Shown: piece by piece, positions 51,401 through 64,000 of the stretch
How the letters are laid out: every line of letters begins with the position of its first letter
Position numbering within the stretch: position 1 is the stretch's first letter
NCBI GenBank assembly: GCA_026770705.1
Contig: JANJGN010000016.1
Location: forward strand, 88,474,001-88,538,000
DNA length: 64,000 bases
Origin: Isurus oxyrinchus
Taxonomy: Eukaryota
Reading direction: 5' to 3'
Position numbers and translations under genes: made by a program
Notes under the pieces: model-generated
Database searches by the model: none
The model's input: only the letters and a program-made list of their open reading frames with translations
Told to the model about the DNA's origin: nothing

Positions 51401-54400
51401 GACACTGCACTGTGTTAGTGAGAGAGTGACCCTGTGCTGTGTTAGTGACAGAGTTACCCTGCGCTGTGTTAGTGACAGAGTGACCCTGCGCTGTGTTAGT
51501 GACAAAGTGACACTGCGCTGTGTTAGTGACAGAGTGACCCCGCGCTGTGTTAGTGACAGAGTGACCCGGCGCTGTGTGAGTGACAGAGTGACCCTGTGCT
51601 GTGTTAGTGACAGAGTGACCCTGTGCTGTGTTAGTGACAGAGTGCACCTGCACGGCATTAGTGACAAAGTTACCCTGTGCTGTTTTAGTGACAGTGTGAC
51701 TCCGCGCTGTGTTAGTGATAGAGTGAGTCTGCGCTGTGTTAGTGACAGAGTGACCATGCGCTGTGTTAATGGCAGAGAGTCCCTGCGCTGTGTTAGTGAC
51801 AGAGTGAGCCTGTGCGGTGTTAGTGACATAGTGACCATGCGCTCTGTTAGTGACTGAGTTGCCCGTGCTGCGTTAGTGACAGAATGACCCCGCGCTGTGT
51901 TAGTGACAGAGTGACCTCGCGCTGCGTTAGTGATGGAGTTACCCCGCGCTGCGTTAGTGACAGAGCGACCCTGCGCTGTGTTAGTGACAGAGTGACCCTG
52001 CGCTGTGTTAGTGACAGAGTTACCCTTCGCTGCGTTAGTGACAGAGTTACCCTTCGCTGCGTTAGTGACAGAGTAACCCTGCGCTGTGTTAGTAACATAG
52101 CTACCCCGCGCTGCGTTAGTGACAGAGTTACCCTGCGCTCCGTTAGTGACAGAGTTACCCTTCGCTGCGTTAGTGACACAGTGACCCTGCGCTGTGTTAG
52201 TGACAGAGTGACCCTGCGCTGTGTTCGTGACAGAGTGACCCTGCACTGTGTTAGTGACAGAGTGACCCCGCGCTGCATTAGTGACAGTGACCCCGCGCTG
52301 TGTTAGTGACAGAATGACACTGCACTGTGTTAGTGACAGAGTTACCCTGCGCTGTGTTAGTGACAGAGTTACCCCGCGCTGTGTTAGTGACAGAGTGACC
52401 TCGCGCTGCGTTAGTGACAGAGTGACCCTGTGCTGAGTTAATGACAGAGTGACCCCGCGCTGTGTTAGTGACAGAGTGACTCTGTGCTGTGTTAGTGACA
52501 GAGTGACTCCGAGCTGTGTTAGTGACAGAGTGACGCTGCGCTGTGTTAGTGACAGAGTTGCCCTGCACGGCGTTAGTGACAGAATGACACTGCACAGTGT
52601 TTGTGACAGAATGACACTGCACTGTGTTAGTGACAGAGTTACCCTGCGCTGTGTTAGTGACAGAGTTACCCCGCGCTGTGTTAGTGACAGAGTGACCTCG
52701 CGCTGCGTTAGTGACAGAGTGACCCTGTGCTGAGTTAATGACAGAGTGACCCCGCGCTGTGTTAGTGACAGAGTGACTCCGAGCTGTGTTAGTGACAGAG
52801 TGACCCTGCGCTGTGTTAATGACAGATGACCCTGCACGGCGTTAGTGACAGAGTTACCCCGCGCTGCGTTGGTGACAGAGTGACGCTGTGCTGTTTTAGT
52901 GACAGAGTGACCCTGCGCTGCTTTAGTGACAGAGTGACCATGCGCTCTGTTATTGACATAGGTACCCGCGCTGCGTTAGTGACAGAGTGACCCCGCGCTG
53001 TGTTAGTGACAGAGTGACCTCGCGCTGCATTATTGACAGAGTGACCCTGCGCTGTGTTAGTGACAGAGTGACCCTGCGCTGTGTTAGTGACAGAGCGACC
53101 CTGCGCTGTATCAGCGTAAGAGTGACCCTGCGCTGTGTTAGTGACAGAGTGACCCTGCGCTGTGTTAGTGACAGAGTGAGCCTGCACTGTGTTTGTTTCA
53201 GAGTGACCCTGCGCTGTGTTAGTGACAGATTGACACTGCACTGTGTTAGTGACAGAGTGACCCTGCGCGGCGTTAGTGTCAGAGTGACTCTGCATTGTGT
53301 TAGTGACAGAGTGACTCCGAGCTGTGTTAGTGACAGAGTGACCCTGCGCTGTCTTAATGACAGTGTGACCCTGCACGGTGTTAGTGAAAGAGTTACCCCG
53401 CGCTGCGTGAGTGACAGAGTGACCCTGCGCTGTGTTAGTGACAGAGTGGCCCTGCACTGCGTTAGTGACAGTTACCCCGTGCTGTGTTAGTGACAGAGTG
53501 CCCCTGCGCTGCGTTAGTGACAGAGTGACCCTGCGCTGTGTAAGTGACAGAGTGACCCTGCGCTGCGTTAGTGAGAGTGACCGCATGCTGCGTTAGTGAC
53601 AGAGTGACCCTGCGCTGTGTTAGTGACAGAGTGACCCTGTGCTGCATTAGTGACAGAGTGACCCCATGCTATGTTAGTGATGGAGTGACTCCGCGCTGTG
53701 TCAGTGACAGAGTGACCCTGCGCTGTGTTAGTGACAGAGTGACCTCGTGCTGCATTAGTGATGGAGTTACCCCGCGCTGCGTTAGTGACAGAGCGTCCCT
53801 GCGCTGTGTTAGTGACAAAGTGACCCTGCGCTGCGTTAGTGACAGAGTTACCCTTTGCTGCGTTAGTGACAGAGCGACCCTGCGCTGTGTTAGTGACAGA
53901 GTGACCCTGCGCTGTGTTAGTGACAGAGTTACCCTTCGCTGCGTTAGTGACAGAGTTACCCTTCGCTGCGTTAGTGACAGAGTAACCCTGCGCTGTGTTA
54001 GTAACATAGCTACCCCGTGCTGCGTTAGTGACGGAGTTACCCTGCGCTGCGTTAGTGACAGAGTTACCCTTCGCTGCGTTAGTGACAGAGTAACCCTGCG
54101 CTGTGTTAATGACAGAGTAACCCTGCGCTGTGTTCGTGACAGAGTGACCCAGCACTGTGTTAGTGACAGAGTGACCCCGCGCTGCATTAGTGACAGTGAC
54201 CCCGCGCTGTGTTAGTGACAGAATGACACTGCACTGTGTTAGTGACAGAGTTACCCTGCGCTGTGTTAGTGACAGAGTTACCCCGCGCTGTGTTAGTGAC
54301 AGAGTGACCTCGCGCTGCGTTAGTGACAAAGTGACCCTGTGCTGAGTTAATGACAGAGTGACCCCGCGCTGTGTTAGTGACAGAGTGACTCTGTGCTGTG

Positions 54401-57400
54401 TTAGTGACAGAGTGACTCCGAGCTGTGTTAGTGACAGAGTGACCCTGCGCTGTGTTAGTGACAGAGTTGCCCTGCACGGCGTTAGTGACAGAGTTACCCC
54501 GCGCTGCGTTGGTGACAGAGTGACCCTGTGCTGTGTTAGTGACAGAGTGACCCTGCGCTGCTTTAGTGACAGAGTGACCATGCGCTCTGTTATTGACATA
54601 GTTACCCGCGCTTTTTTAGTGACAGAGTGACCCCGCGCTGTGTTAGTGACAGAGTGACCTCGCGCTGCGTTAATGACAGAGTGACCCTGCGCTGTGTTAG
54701 TGACAGAGTGACCCTGCGCTGTGTTATTGACAGAGCGAACCTGCGCTGTATCAGCGTACGAGTGACCCTGCGCTGTGTTAGTGACAGAGTGACCCTGCGC
54801 TGTGTTAGTGACAGAGTGAGCCTGCACTGTGTTTGTTTCAGAGTGACCCTGCGCTGTGTTAGTGACAGATTGACACTCCACTGTGTTAGTGACAGAGTGA
54901 CCCTGCGCGGCGTTAGTGACAGAGTGACTCTGCGTTGTGTTAGTGACAGAGTGACTCCGAGCTGTGTTAGTGACAGAGTGACCCTGCGCTGTGTTAATGA
55001 CAGAGTAACCCTGCACGGTGTTAGTGAAAGAGTTACCCCGCGCTGCGTTAGTGACAGAGTGACCCTGCGCTGTGTTAGTGACAGAGTGGCCCTGCACTGC
55101 GTTAGTGACAGTTACCCCGTGCTGTGTTAGTGACAGAGTGCCCCTGCGCTGCGTTAGTGACAGAGTGACCCTGCGCTGTGTAAGTGACAGAGTGACCCTG
55201 CGCTGCGTTAGTGAGAGTGACCGCATGCTGCGTTAGTGCCAGAGTGACCCTGCGCTGTGTTAGTGACAGAGTGACCCTGTGCTGCATTAGTGACAGAGTG
55301 ACCCCACGCTATGTTAGTGATGGAGTGACTCCGCGCTGTGTCAGTGACAGAGTGACCCTGCGCTGAGTTAGTGACAGAGTGACCTCGCGCTGCATTAGTG
55401 ATGGAGTTACCCCGCGCTGCGTTAGTGACAGAGCGACCCTGCGCTGTGTTAGTGACAAAGTGACCCTGCGCTGCGTTAGTGACAGAATTAACCTTCGCTG
55501 CGTTAGTGACAGAGTTACCCTTCACTGCGTTAGTGACAGAGTAACCCTGCGCTGTGTTAGTGACACAGCTACCCCGCGCTGCGTTAGTGACAGAGTTACC
55601 CTGCGCTGTGTTAGTGACAGAGTTACCCTTCGCTGCGTTAGTGACAGAGTGACCCTGTGCTGAGTTAATGACAGAGTGACCCCGCGCTGTGTTAGTGACA
55701 GAGTGACTCCGAGCTGTGTTAGTGACAGAGTGACCCTGCGCTGTGTTAATGACAGATGACCCTGCACGGCGTTAGTGACAGAGTTACCCCGCGCTGCGTT
55801 GGTGACAGAGTGACGCTGTGCTGTGTTAGTTACAGAGTGACCCTGCACTGCTTTAGTGACAGAGTGACTATGCGCTCTGTTATTGACATAGTTACCCGCG
55901 CTGCGTTAGTGACAGAGTGACCCCGCGCTGTGTTAGTGACAGAGTGACCTCGCGCTGCGTTATTGACAGAGTGACCCTGCGCTGTGTTAGTGACAGAGTG
56001 ACCCTGCGCTGTGTTAGTGACAGAGCGACCCTGCGCTGTATCAGCGTAAGAGTGACCCTGCGCTGTGTTAGTGACAGAGTGAGCCTGCACTGTGTTTGTT
56101 TCAGAGTGACCCTGCGCTGTGTTAGTGACAGATTGACACTGCACTGTGTTAGTGACAGAGTGACCCCGCGCTGTGTTAGTGACAGAGTGACCCGGCGCTG
56201 TGTGAGTGACAGAGTGACCCTGTGCTGTGTTAGTGACAGAGTGACCCTGTGCTGTGTTAGTGACAGAGTGCACCTGCGCGGCGTTAGTGACAAAGTTACC
56301 CTGTGCTGTTTTAGTGACATTGTGACTCCGCGCTGTGTTAGTGACAGAGTGAGTCTGCGCTGTGTTAGTGACAGAGTGTCTCCGAGCTGTGTTAGTGACA
56401 CAGTGACCCTGTGCTGCATTATTGACAGAGTGACCCTGCGCTGTGTTAGTGACAGAGTGACCCTGCGCTGTGTTAATGACAGAGTGACCCTGCGTTGTGT
56501 TAGTGACAGAGTGAGCCTGTGCGGTGTTAGTGACATAGTGACCATGCGCTCTGTTAGTGACTGAGTTGCCCGCACTGTGTTAGTGACAGAGTGACCTCGT
56601 GCTGCGTTAGTGATGGAGTTACCCCGCGCTGTGTAAGTGACAGAGTGACCTCGCGCTGCGTTAGTGACTGAGTTGCCCGCGCTGCGTTTGTGACAGAATG
56701 ACCCCGCGCTGTGTTAGTGACAGAGTGACCTCGCGCTGTGTTAGTGACAGAGTGACCCCGCGCTGCGTTAGTGACAGAGCGACCCTGCGCTGTGTTAGTG
56801 ACAGAGTGACCCTGCGCTGTGTTAGTAACATAGCTACCCCGCGTTGCGTTAGTGACAGAGTTACCCTTCGCTGTGTTAATGACAGAGTAACCCTGCGCGG
56901 CATTAGTGAAAGAGTGACCCTGCACAGTGTTTGTGACAGAATGACACTGCACTGTGTTAGTGAGAGAGTGACCCTGCGCTGTGTTCGTGACAGAGTTACC
57001 CCGCACTGTGTTAGTGACAGAGTGACCTCGCGCTGCGTTAGTGACAGAGTGACCCTGTGCTGAGTTAATGACAGAGTGACCCCGCGCTGTGTTAGTGACA
57101 GAGTGACTCCGAGCTGTGTTAGTGACAGAGTGACCCTGCGCTGTGTTAATGACAGATCGACCCTGCACGGCGTTAGTGACAGAGTTACCCCGCGCTGCGT
57201 TGGTGACAGAGTGACGCTGTGCTGTGTTAGTGACAGAGTGACCCTGCGCTGCTTTAGTGACAGAGTGACCATGCGCTCTGTTATTGACATAGGTACCCGC
57301 GCTGCGTTAGTGACAGAGTGACCCCGCGCTGTGTTAGTGACAGAGTGACCCTGCGCTGTGTTAGTGACAGAGTGAGCCTGCACTGTGTTTGTTTCAGAGT

Positions 57401-60400
57401 GACCCTGCGCTGTGTTAGTGACAGATTGACACGGCACTGTGTTAGTGACAGAGTGACCCTGCGCGGCGTTAGTGACAGAGTGACCCGGCGCTGTGTGAGT
57501 GACAGAGTGACCCTGTGCTGTGTTAGTGACAGAGTGACACTGTGCTGTGTTAGTGACAGAGTGCCCCTGCGCTGCGTTAGTGACAGAGTGACCCTGTGCT
57601 GCGTTAGTGACAGAGTTACCCTTTGCTGTGTTAATGACAGAGTAACCCTGCGCGGCATTAGTGACAGAGTGACCCTGCACGGTGTTTGTGACAGAGTGAG
57701 CCTGCACTGTGTTTGTTTCAGAGTGACCCTGCGCTGTGTTAGTGACAGATTGACACTGCACTGTGTTAGTGACAGAGTGACCCTGCGCGGCGTTAGTGAC
57801 AGAGTGACTCTGCGTTGTGTTAGTGACAGAGTGACTCCGAGCTGTGTTAGTGACAGAGTGACCCTGCGCTGTGTTAATGACAGAGTGACCCTGCACGGTG
57901 TTAGTGAAAGAGTTACCCCGTGCTGCGTTAGTGACAGAGTGACCCTGCGCTGTGTTAGTGACAGAGTGGCCCTGCACTGCGTTAGTGACTGCTACCCCGT
58001 GGTGTGTTAGTGACAGAGTGCCCCTGCGCTGCGTTAGTGACAGAGTGACCCTGCGCTGTGCAAGTGACAGAGTGACCCTGCGCTGCGTTAGTGAGAGTGA
58101 CCGCATGATGCGTTAGTGACAGAGTGACGCTGCGCTGTGTTAGTGACAGAGTGACCCTGTGCTGCATTAGTGACAGAGTGACCCCACGCTATGTTAGTGA
58201 TGGAGTGACTCCGCGCTGTGTCAGTGACAGAGTGACCCTGCGCTGTGTTAGTGACAGAGTGACCTCGCGCTGCATGAGTGATGGAGTTACCCCGCGCTGC
58301 GTTAGTGACAGAGCGTCCCTGCGCTGTGTTAGTGACAAAGTCACCCTGCGCTGCGTTAGTGACAGAGTTACCCTTCGCTGCGTTAGTGACAGAGTTACCC
58401 TTCACTGCGTTAGTGACAGAGTTACCCTTCGCTGCGTTAGTGATAGAGTGACCCTGCGCTGTGTTAATGACAGAGTAACCCTGCGCGGCATTAGTGACAG
58501 AGTGACCCTGCATTGTATCAGTGACAGAGTGACCCACGCTGCATCAGTGGAAGAGCGAACCTGCACGGCGTTAGTGACAGAGCGACCCTGCGCTGTATCA
58601 GCGTAAGACTGACACTGCACTGTGTTAGTGACAGAATGACACTGCACTGTGTTAGTGAGAGAGTGACCCTGTGCTGTGTTAGTGACAGAGTTACCCTGCG
58701 CTGTGTTAGTGACAGAGTGACCCTGCGCTGTGTTAGTGACAGAGTGACACTGCGCTGTGTTAGTGACAGAGTGACCCCGCGCTGTGTTAGTGACAGAGTG
58801 ACCCGGCGCTGTGTGAGTGACAGAGTGACCCTGTGCTGTGTTAGTGACAGAGTGACCCTGTGCTGTGTTAGTGACAGAGTGCACCTGCGCGGCATTAGTG
58901 ACAAAGTTACACTGTGCTGTTTTAGTGACAGTGTGACTCCGCGCTGTGTTAGTGATAGAGTGAGTCTGCGCTGTGTTAGTGACAGAGTGACCATGCGCTG
59001 TGTTAATGGCAGAGAGTCCCTGCGCTGTGTTAGTGACAGAGTGAGCCTGTGCGGTGTTAGTGACATAGTGACCATGCGCTCTGTTAGTGACTGAGTTGCC
59101 CGTGCTGCGTTAGTGACAGAATGACCCCGCGCTGTGTTAGTGACAGAGTGACCTCGCGCTACGTTAGTGATGGAGTTACCCCGCGCTGCGTTAGTGACAG
59201 AGCGACCCTGCGCTGTGTTAGTGACAGAGTGACCCTGCGCTGTGTTAGTGACAGAGTTACCCTTCGCTGCGTTAGTGACAGAGTTACCCTTCGCTGCGTT
59301 AGTGACAGAGTAACCCTGCGCTGTGTTAGTAACATAGCTACCCCGCGCTGCGTTAGTGACAGAGTTACCCTGCGCTCCGTTAGTGACAGAGTTACCCTTC
59401 GCTGCGTTAGTGACAGAGTGACCCTGCGCTGTGTTAGTGACAGAGTGACCCTGCGCTGTGTTCGTGACAGAGTGACCCTGCACTGTGTTAGTGACAGAGT
59501 GACCCCGCGCTGCATTAGTGACAGTGACCCCGCGCTGTGTTAGTGACAGAATGACACTGCACTGTGTTAGTGACAGAGTTACCCTGCGCTGTGTTAGTGA
59601 CAGAGTTACCCCGCGCTGTGTTAGTGACAGAGTGACCTCGCGCTGCGTTAGTGACAGAGTGACCCTGTGCTGAGTTAATGACAGAGTGACCCCGCGCTGT
59701 GTTAGTGACAGAGTGACTCTGTGCTGTGTTAGTGACAGAGTGACTCCGAGCTGTGTTAGTGACAGAGTGACGCTGCGCTGTGTTAGTGACAGAGTTGCCC
59801 TGCACGGCGTTAGTGACAGAATGACACTGCACAGTGTTTGTGACAGAATGACACTGCACTGTGTTAGTGACAGAGTTACCCTGCGCTGTGTTAGTGACAG
59901 AGTTACCCCGCGCTGTGTTAGTGACAGAGTGACCTCGCGCTGCGTTAGTGACAGAGTGACCCTGTGCTGAGTTAATGACAGAGTGACTCCGCGCTGTGTT
60001 AGTGACAGAGTGACTCCGAGCTGTGTTAGTGACAGAGTGACCCTGCGCTGTGTTAATGACAGATGACCCTGCACGGCGTTAGTGACAGAGTTACCCCGCG
60101 CTGCGTTGGTGACAGAGTGACGCTGTGCTGTTTTAGTGACAGAGTGACCCTGCGCTGCTTTAGTGACAGAGTGACCATGCGCTCTGTTATTGACATAGGT
60201 ACCCGCGCTGCGTTAGTGACAGAGTGACCCCGCGCTGTGTTAGTGACAGAGTGACCTCGCGCTGCATTATTGACAGAGTGACCCTGCGCTGTGTTAGTGA
60301 CAAAGTGACCCTGCGCTGTGTTAGTGACAGAGCGACCCTGCGCTGTATCAGCGTAAGAGTGACCCTGCGCTGTGTTAGTGACAGAGTGACCCTGCGCTGT

Positions 60401-63400
60401 GTTAGTGACAGAGTGAGCCTGCACTGTGTTTGTTTCAGAGTAACCCTGCGCTGTGTTAGTGACAGATTGACACTGCACTGTGTTAGTGACAGAGTGTCCC
60501 TGCGCGGCGTTAGTGTCAGAGTGACTCTGCATTGTGTTAGTGACAGAGTGACTCCGAGCTGTGTTAGTGACAGAGTGACCCTGCGCTGTCTTAATGACAG
60601 TGTGACCCTGCACGGTGTTAGTGAAAGAGTTACCCCGCGCTGCGTGAGTGACAGAGTGACCCTGCGCTGTGTTAGTGACAGAGTGGCCCTGCACTGCGTT
60701 AGTGACAGTTACCCCGTGCTGTGTTAGTGACAGAGTGCCCCTGCGCTGCGTTAGTGACAGAGTGACCCTGCGCTGTGTAAGTGACAGAGTGACCATGCGC
60801 TGCGTTAGTGAGAGTGACCGCATGCTGCGTTAGTGACAGAGTGACCCTGCGCTGTGTTAGTGACAGAGTGACCCTGTGCTGCATTAGTGACAGAGTGACC
60901 CCATGCTATGTTAGTGATGGAGTGACTCCGCGCTGTGTCAGTGACAGAGTGACCCTGCGCTGTGTTAGTGACAGAGTGACCTCGCGCTGCATTAGTGATG
61001 GAGTTACCCCGTGCTGCGTTAGTGACAGAGCGTCCCTGCGCTGTGTTAGTGACAAAGTGACCCTGCGCTGCGTTAGTGACAGAGTTACCCTTTGCTGCGT
61101 TAGTGACAGAGTTACCCTTCACTGCGTTAGTGACAGAGTAACCCTGCGCTGTGTTAGTGACACGGCTACCCCGCGCTGCGTTAGTGACAGAGTTACCCTG
61201 CGCTGTGTTAGTGACAGAGTTACCCTTCGCTGCTTTAGTGATAGAGTGACCCTGCGCTGTGTTAATGACAGAGTAACCCTGCGCGGCATTAGTGACAGAG
61301 TGACCCTGCATTGTGTTAGTGACAGAGTGACCCACGCTGTGTAAATGACAGAGTGACCCTGCACTGTGTTAGTGACAGAGTGACCTTGCGCTGTTTTAGT
61401 GACAGAGTGACCCTGCGCTGAGTTAGTGACAGAGTGACCCCGCGCTGTGTTAGTCAAAGAGTGTCCCCGCGCTGTGTTAGTGACAGAGCGATCACGCGCT
61501 GCATCAGTGGAAGAGCGAACCTGCAAGGCGTTAGTGACAGAGCGACCCTGCGCTGTATCAGCGTAAGAGTGACACTGCACTGTGTTAGTGACAGAATGAC
61601 ACTGCACTGTGTTAGTGACAGAGTGACCCTGTGCTGTGTTAGTGACAGAGTTACCCTGCGCTGTGTTAGTGACAGAGTGACCCTGCGCTCTGTTAGTGAC
61701 AGAGTGACACTGCGCTGTGTTAGTGACAGAGTGACCCCACGCTGTGTTAGTGACAGAGTGACCCCGCGCTGTGTGAGTGACAGAGTGACCCTGTGCTGTG
61801 TGAGTGACAGAGTGACCCTGTGCTGTGTTAGTGACAGAGTGACCCTGTGCTGTGTTAGTGACAGAGTGCACCTGCGCGGCATTAGTGACAAAGTTACCCT
61901 GTGCTGTTTTAGTGACAGTGTGACTCCGCGCTGTGTTAGTGACAGAGTGAGTCTGCGCTGTGTTAGTGACAGAGTGACTCCGAGCTGTGTTAGTGACAGT
62001 GTGACCCTGTGCTGTGTTAATGACAGAGTTACCCTGCGCTGTGTTAGTGACAGAGTGACCCTGTGCTGTGTTAATGACAGAGAGTCCCTGCGCTGTGTTA
62101 GTGACAGAGTGAGCCTGTGCGGTGTTAGTGACATAGTGACCATGCGCTCTGTTAGTGACTGAGTTGCCCGTGCTGCGTTAGTGACAGAATGACCCCGCGC
62201 TGTGTTAGTGACAGAGTGACCTCGCGCTGCGTTAGTGATGGAGTTACCCCGCGCTGCGTTAGTGACAGAGCGACCCTGCGCTGTGTTAGTGACAGAGTGA
62301 CCCTGCGCTGTGTTAGTGACAGAGTTACCCTTCGCTGCGTTAGTGACAGAGTTACCCTTCGCTGTGTTAGTGACAGAGTAACCCTGCGCTGTGTTAGTAA
62401 CATAGCTACCCCGTGCTGCGTTAGTGACAGAGTTACCCTGCGCTGCGTTAGTGACAGAGTTACCCTTCGCTGCGTTAGTGACAGAGTAACCCTGCGCTGT
62501 GTTAATGACAGAGTAACCCTGCGCTGTGTTAGTGACAGAGTGACCCTGCGCTGCTTTAGTGACAGAGTGACCATGCGCTCTGTTATTGACATAGTTAGCC
62601 GCACTTTTTTAGTGACAGAGTGACCCCGCGCTGTGTTAGTGACAGAGTGACCTCGCGCTGCGTTAATGACAGAGTGACCCTGCGCTGTGTTAGTGACAGA
62701 GTGACCCTGCGCTTTGTTAGTGACAGAGCGACCCTGCGCTGTATCAGCGTACGAGTGACCCTGCGCTGTGTTAGTGACAGAGTGACCCTGCGCTGTGTTA
62801 GTGACAGAGTGAGCCTGCACTGTGTTTGTTTCAGAGTGACCCTGCGCTGTGTTAGTGACAGATTGACACTGCACTGTGTTAGTGACAGAGTGACCCTGCG
62901 CGGCGTTAGTGACAGAGTGACTCTGCGTTGTGTTAGTGACAGAGTGACTCCGAGCTGTGTTAGTGACAGAGTGACCCTGCGCTGTGTTAATGACAGAGTA
63001 ACCCTGCACGGTGTTAGTGAAAGAGTTACCCCGCGCTGCGTTAGTGACAGAGTGACCCTGCGCTGTGTTAGTGACAGAGTGGCCCTGCACTGCGTTTGTG
63101 ACAGTTACCCCGTGCTGTGTTAGTGACAGAGTGCCCCTGCGCTGCGTTAGTGACAGAGTGACCCTGCGCTGTGTAAGTGACAGAGTGACCCTGCGCTGCG
63201 TTAGTGAGAGTGACCGCATGCTGCGTTAGTGCCAGAGTGACCCTGCGCTGTGTTTGTGACAGAGTGACCCTGTGCTGCATTAGTGACAGAGTGACCCCAG
63301 GCTATGTTAGTGATGGAGTGACTCCGCGCTGTGTCAGTGACAGAGTGACCCTGCGCTGAGTTGGTGACAGAGTGACCTCGCGCTGCATTAGTGATGGAGT

Positions 63401-64000
63401 TACCCCGCGCTGCGTTAGTGACAGAGCGACCCTGCGCTGTGTTAGTGACAAAGTGACCCTGCGCTGCGTTAGTGACCGAATTAACCTTCGCTGCTTTAGT
63501 GACAGAGTTACCCTTCACTGCGTTAGTGACAGAGTAACCCTGCGCTGTGTTAGTGACACAGCTACCCCGCGCTGCGTTAGTGACAGAGTTACCCTGCGCT
63601 GTGTTAGTGACAGAGTTACCCTTCGCTGCGTTAGTGACAGAGTGACCCTGTGCTGAGTTAATGACAGAGTGACCCCGCGCTGTGTTAGTGACAGAGTGAC
63701 TCCGAGCTGTGTTAGTGACAGAGTGACCCTGCGCTGTGTTAATGACAGATGACCCTGCACGGCGTTAGTGACAGAGTTACCCCGCGCTGCGTTGGTGACA
63801 GAGTGACGCTGTGCTGTGTTAGTTACAGAGTGACCCTGCACTGCTTTAGTGACAGAGTGACTATGCGCTCTGTTATTGACATAGTTACCCGCGCTGCGTT
63901 AGTGACAGAGTGACCCCGCGCTGTGTTAGTGACAGAGTGACCTCGCGCTGCGTTATTGACAGAGTGACCCTGCGCTGTGTTAGTGACAGAGTGACCCTGC
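21460..64000. repeat. 27-bp satellite array, over 42.5 kb (about 1,575 monomers), with higher-order structure; runs off window end
   Basis: Consensus GTTAGTGACAGAGTGACCCTGCGCTGT throughout, one orientation, no visible interspersed element. Recurrent 25/26-bp deletion monomers. Confidence 0.99.

Noticed and set aside
21460-64000. Long mucin-like or Cys-rich ORFs (TNTAQGHSV, TQRRVTLSL, CVSDRVTLR repeats)
   Set aside because: 27 bp equals 9 codons, so frames stay open by construction. They switch frame at 25/26-bp monomers, are open on both strands, and have no start, signal peptide or splice context.
21460-64000. CRISPR-like array or an array of RSS heptamers (CACTGTG/CACAGTG in some monomers)
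   Set aside because: No unique spacers and no cas genes in a vertebrate context. Heptamers arise from CpG-decay variants and have no nonamer at 12 or 23 bp.

Overview
Vertebrate genomic DNA, almost certainly from a shark or other elasmobranch, judged by the Ig light-chain sequence and the HE1/HER1-like, CR1 and Penelope-like repeats. Bases 1-3.4 kb hold the 3' part of an unrearranged kappa-type (shark type III/NS4-like) Ig light-chain cluster on +: a 23-RSS, one J (266-300) and one C exon (2488-2816). The V segment lies upstream, outside the window. Facing it tail-to-tail on - are the last six coding exons of a RABGAP1L-like gene (21359 down to the stop at 9198). Its probable 3' UTR contains a 3.5-kb CpG-rich purine repeat, and one exon has an apparent 2-bp frameshift. 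The introns are packed with nested LINE/SINE/Penelope fragments and minisatellites. One Penelope-type inverted-repeat pair encloses about 230 bp of foreign-looking sequence. After a 100-N gap (21360-21459), the remaining 42.5 kb is one 27-bp satellite with nested higher-order periods of about 2.1/2.3, 7.2 and 17.8 kb. Nearly all long ORFs in the supplied track are repeat artefacts. Transposon boundaries are approximate and family names are from recognition, not database searches.
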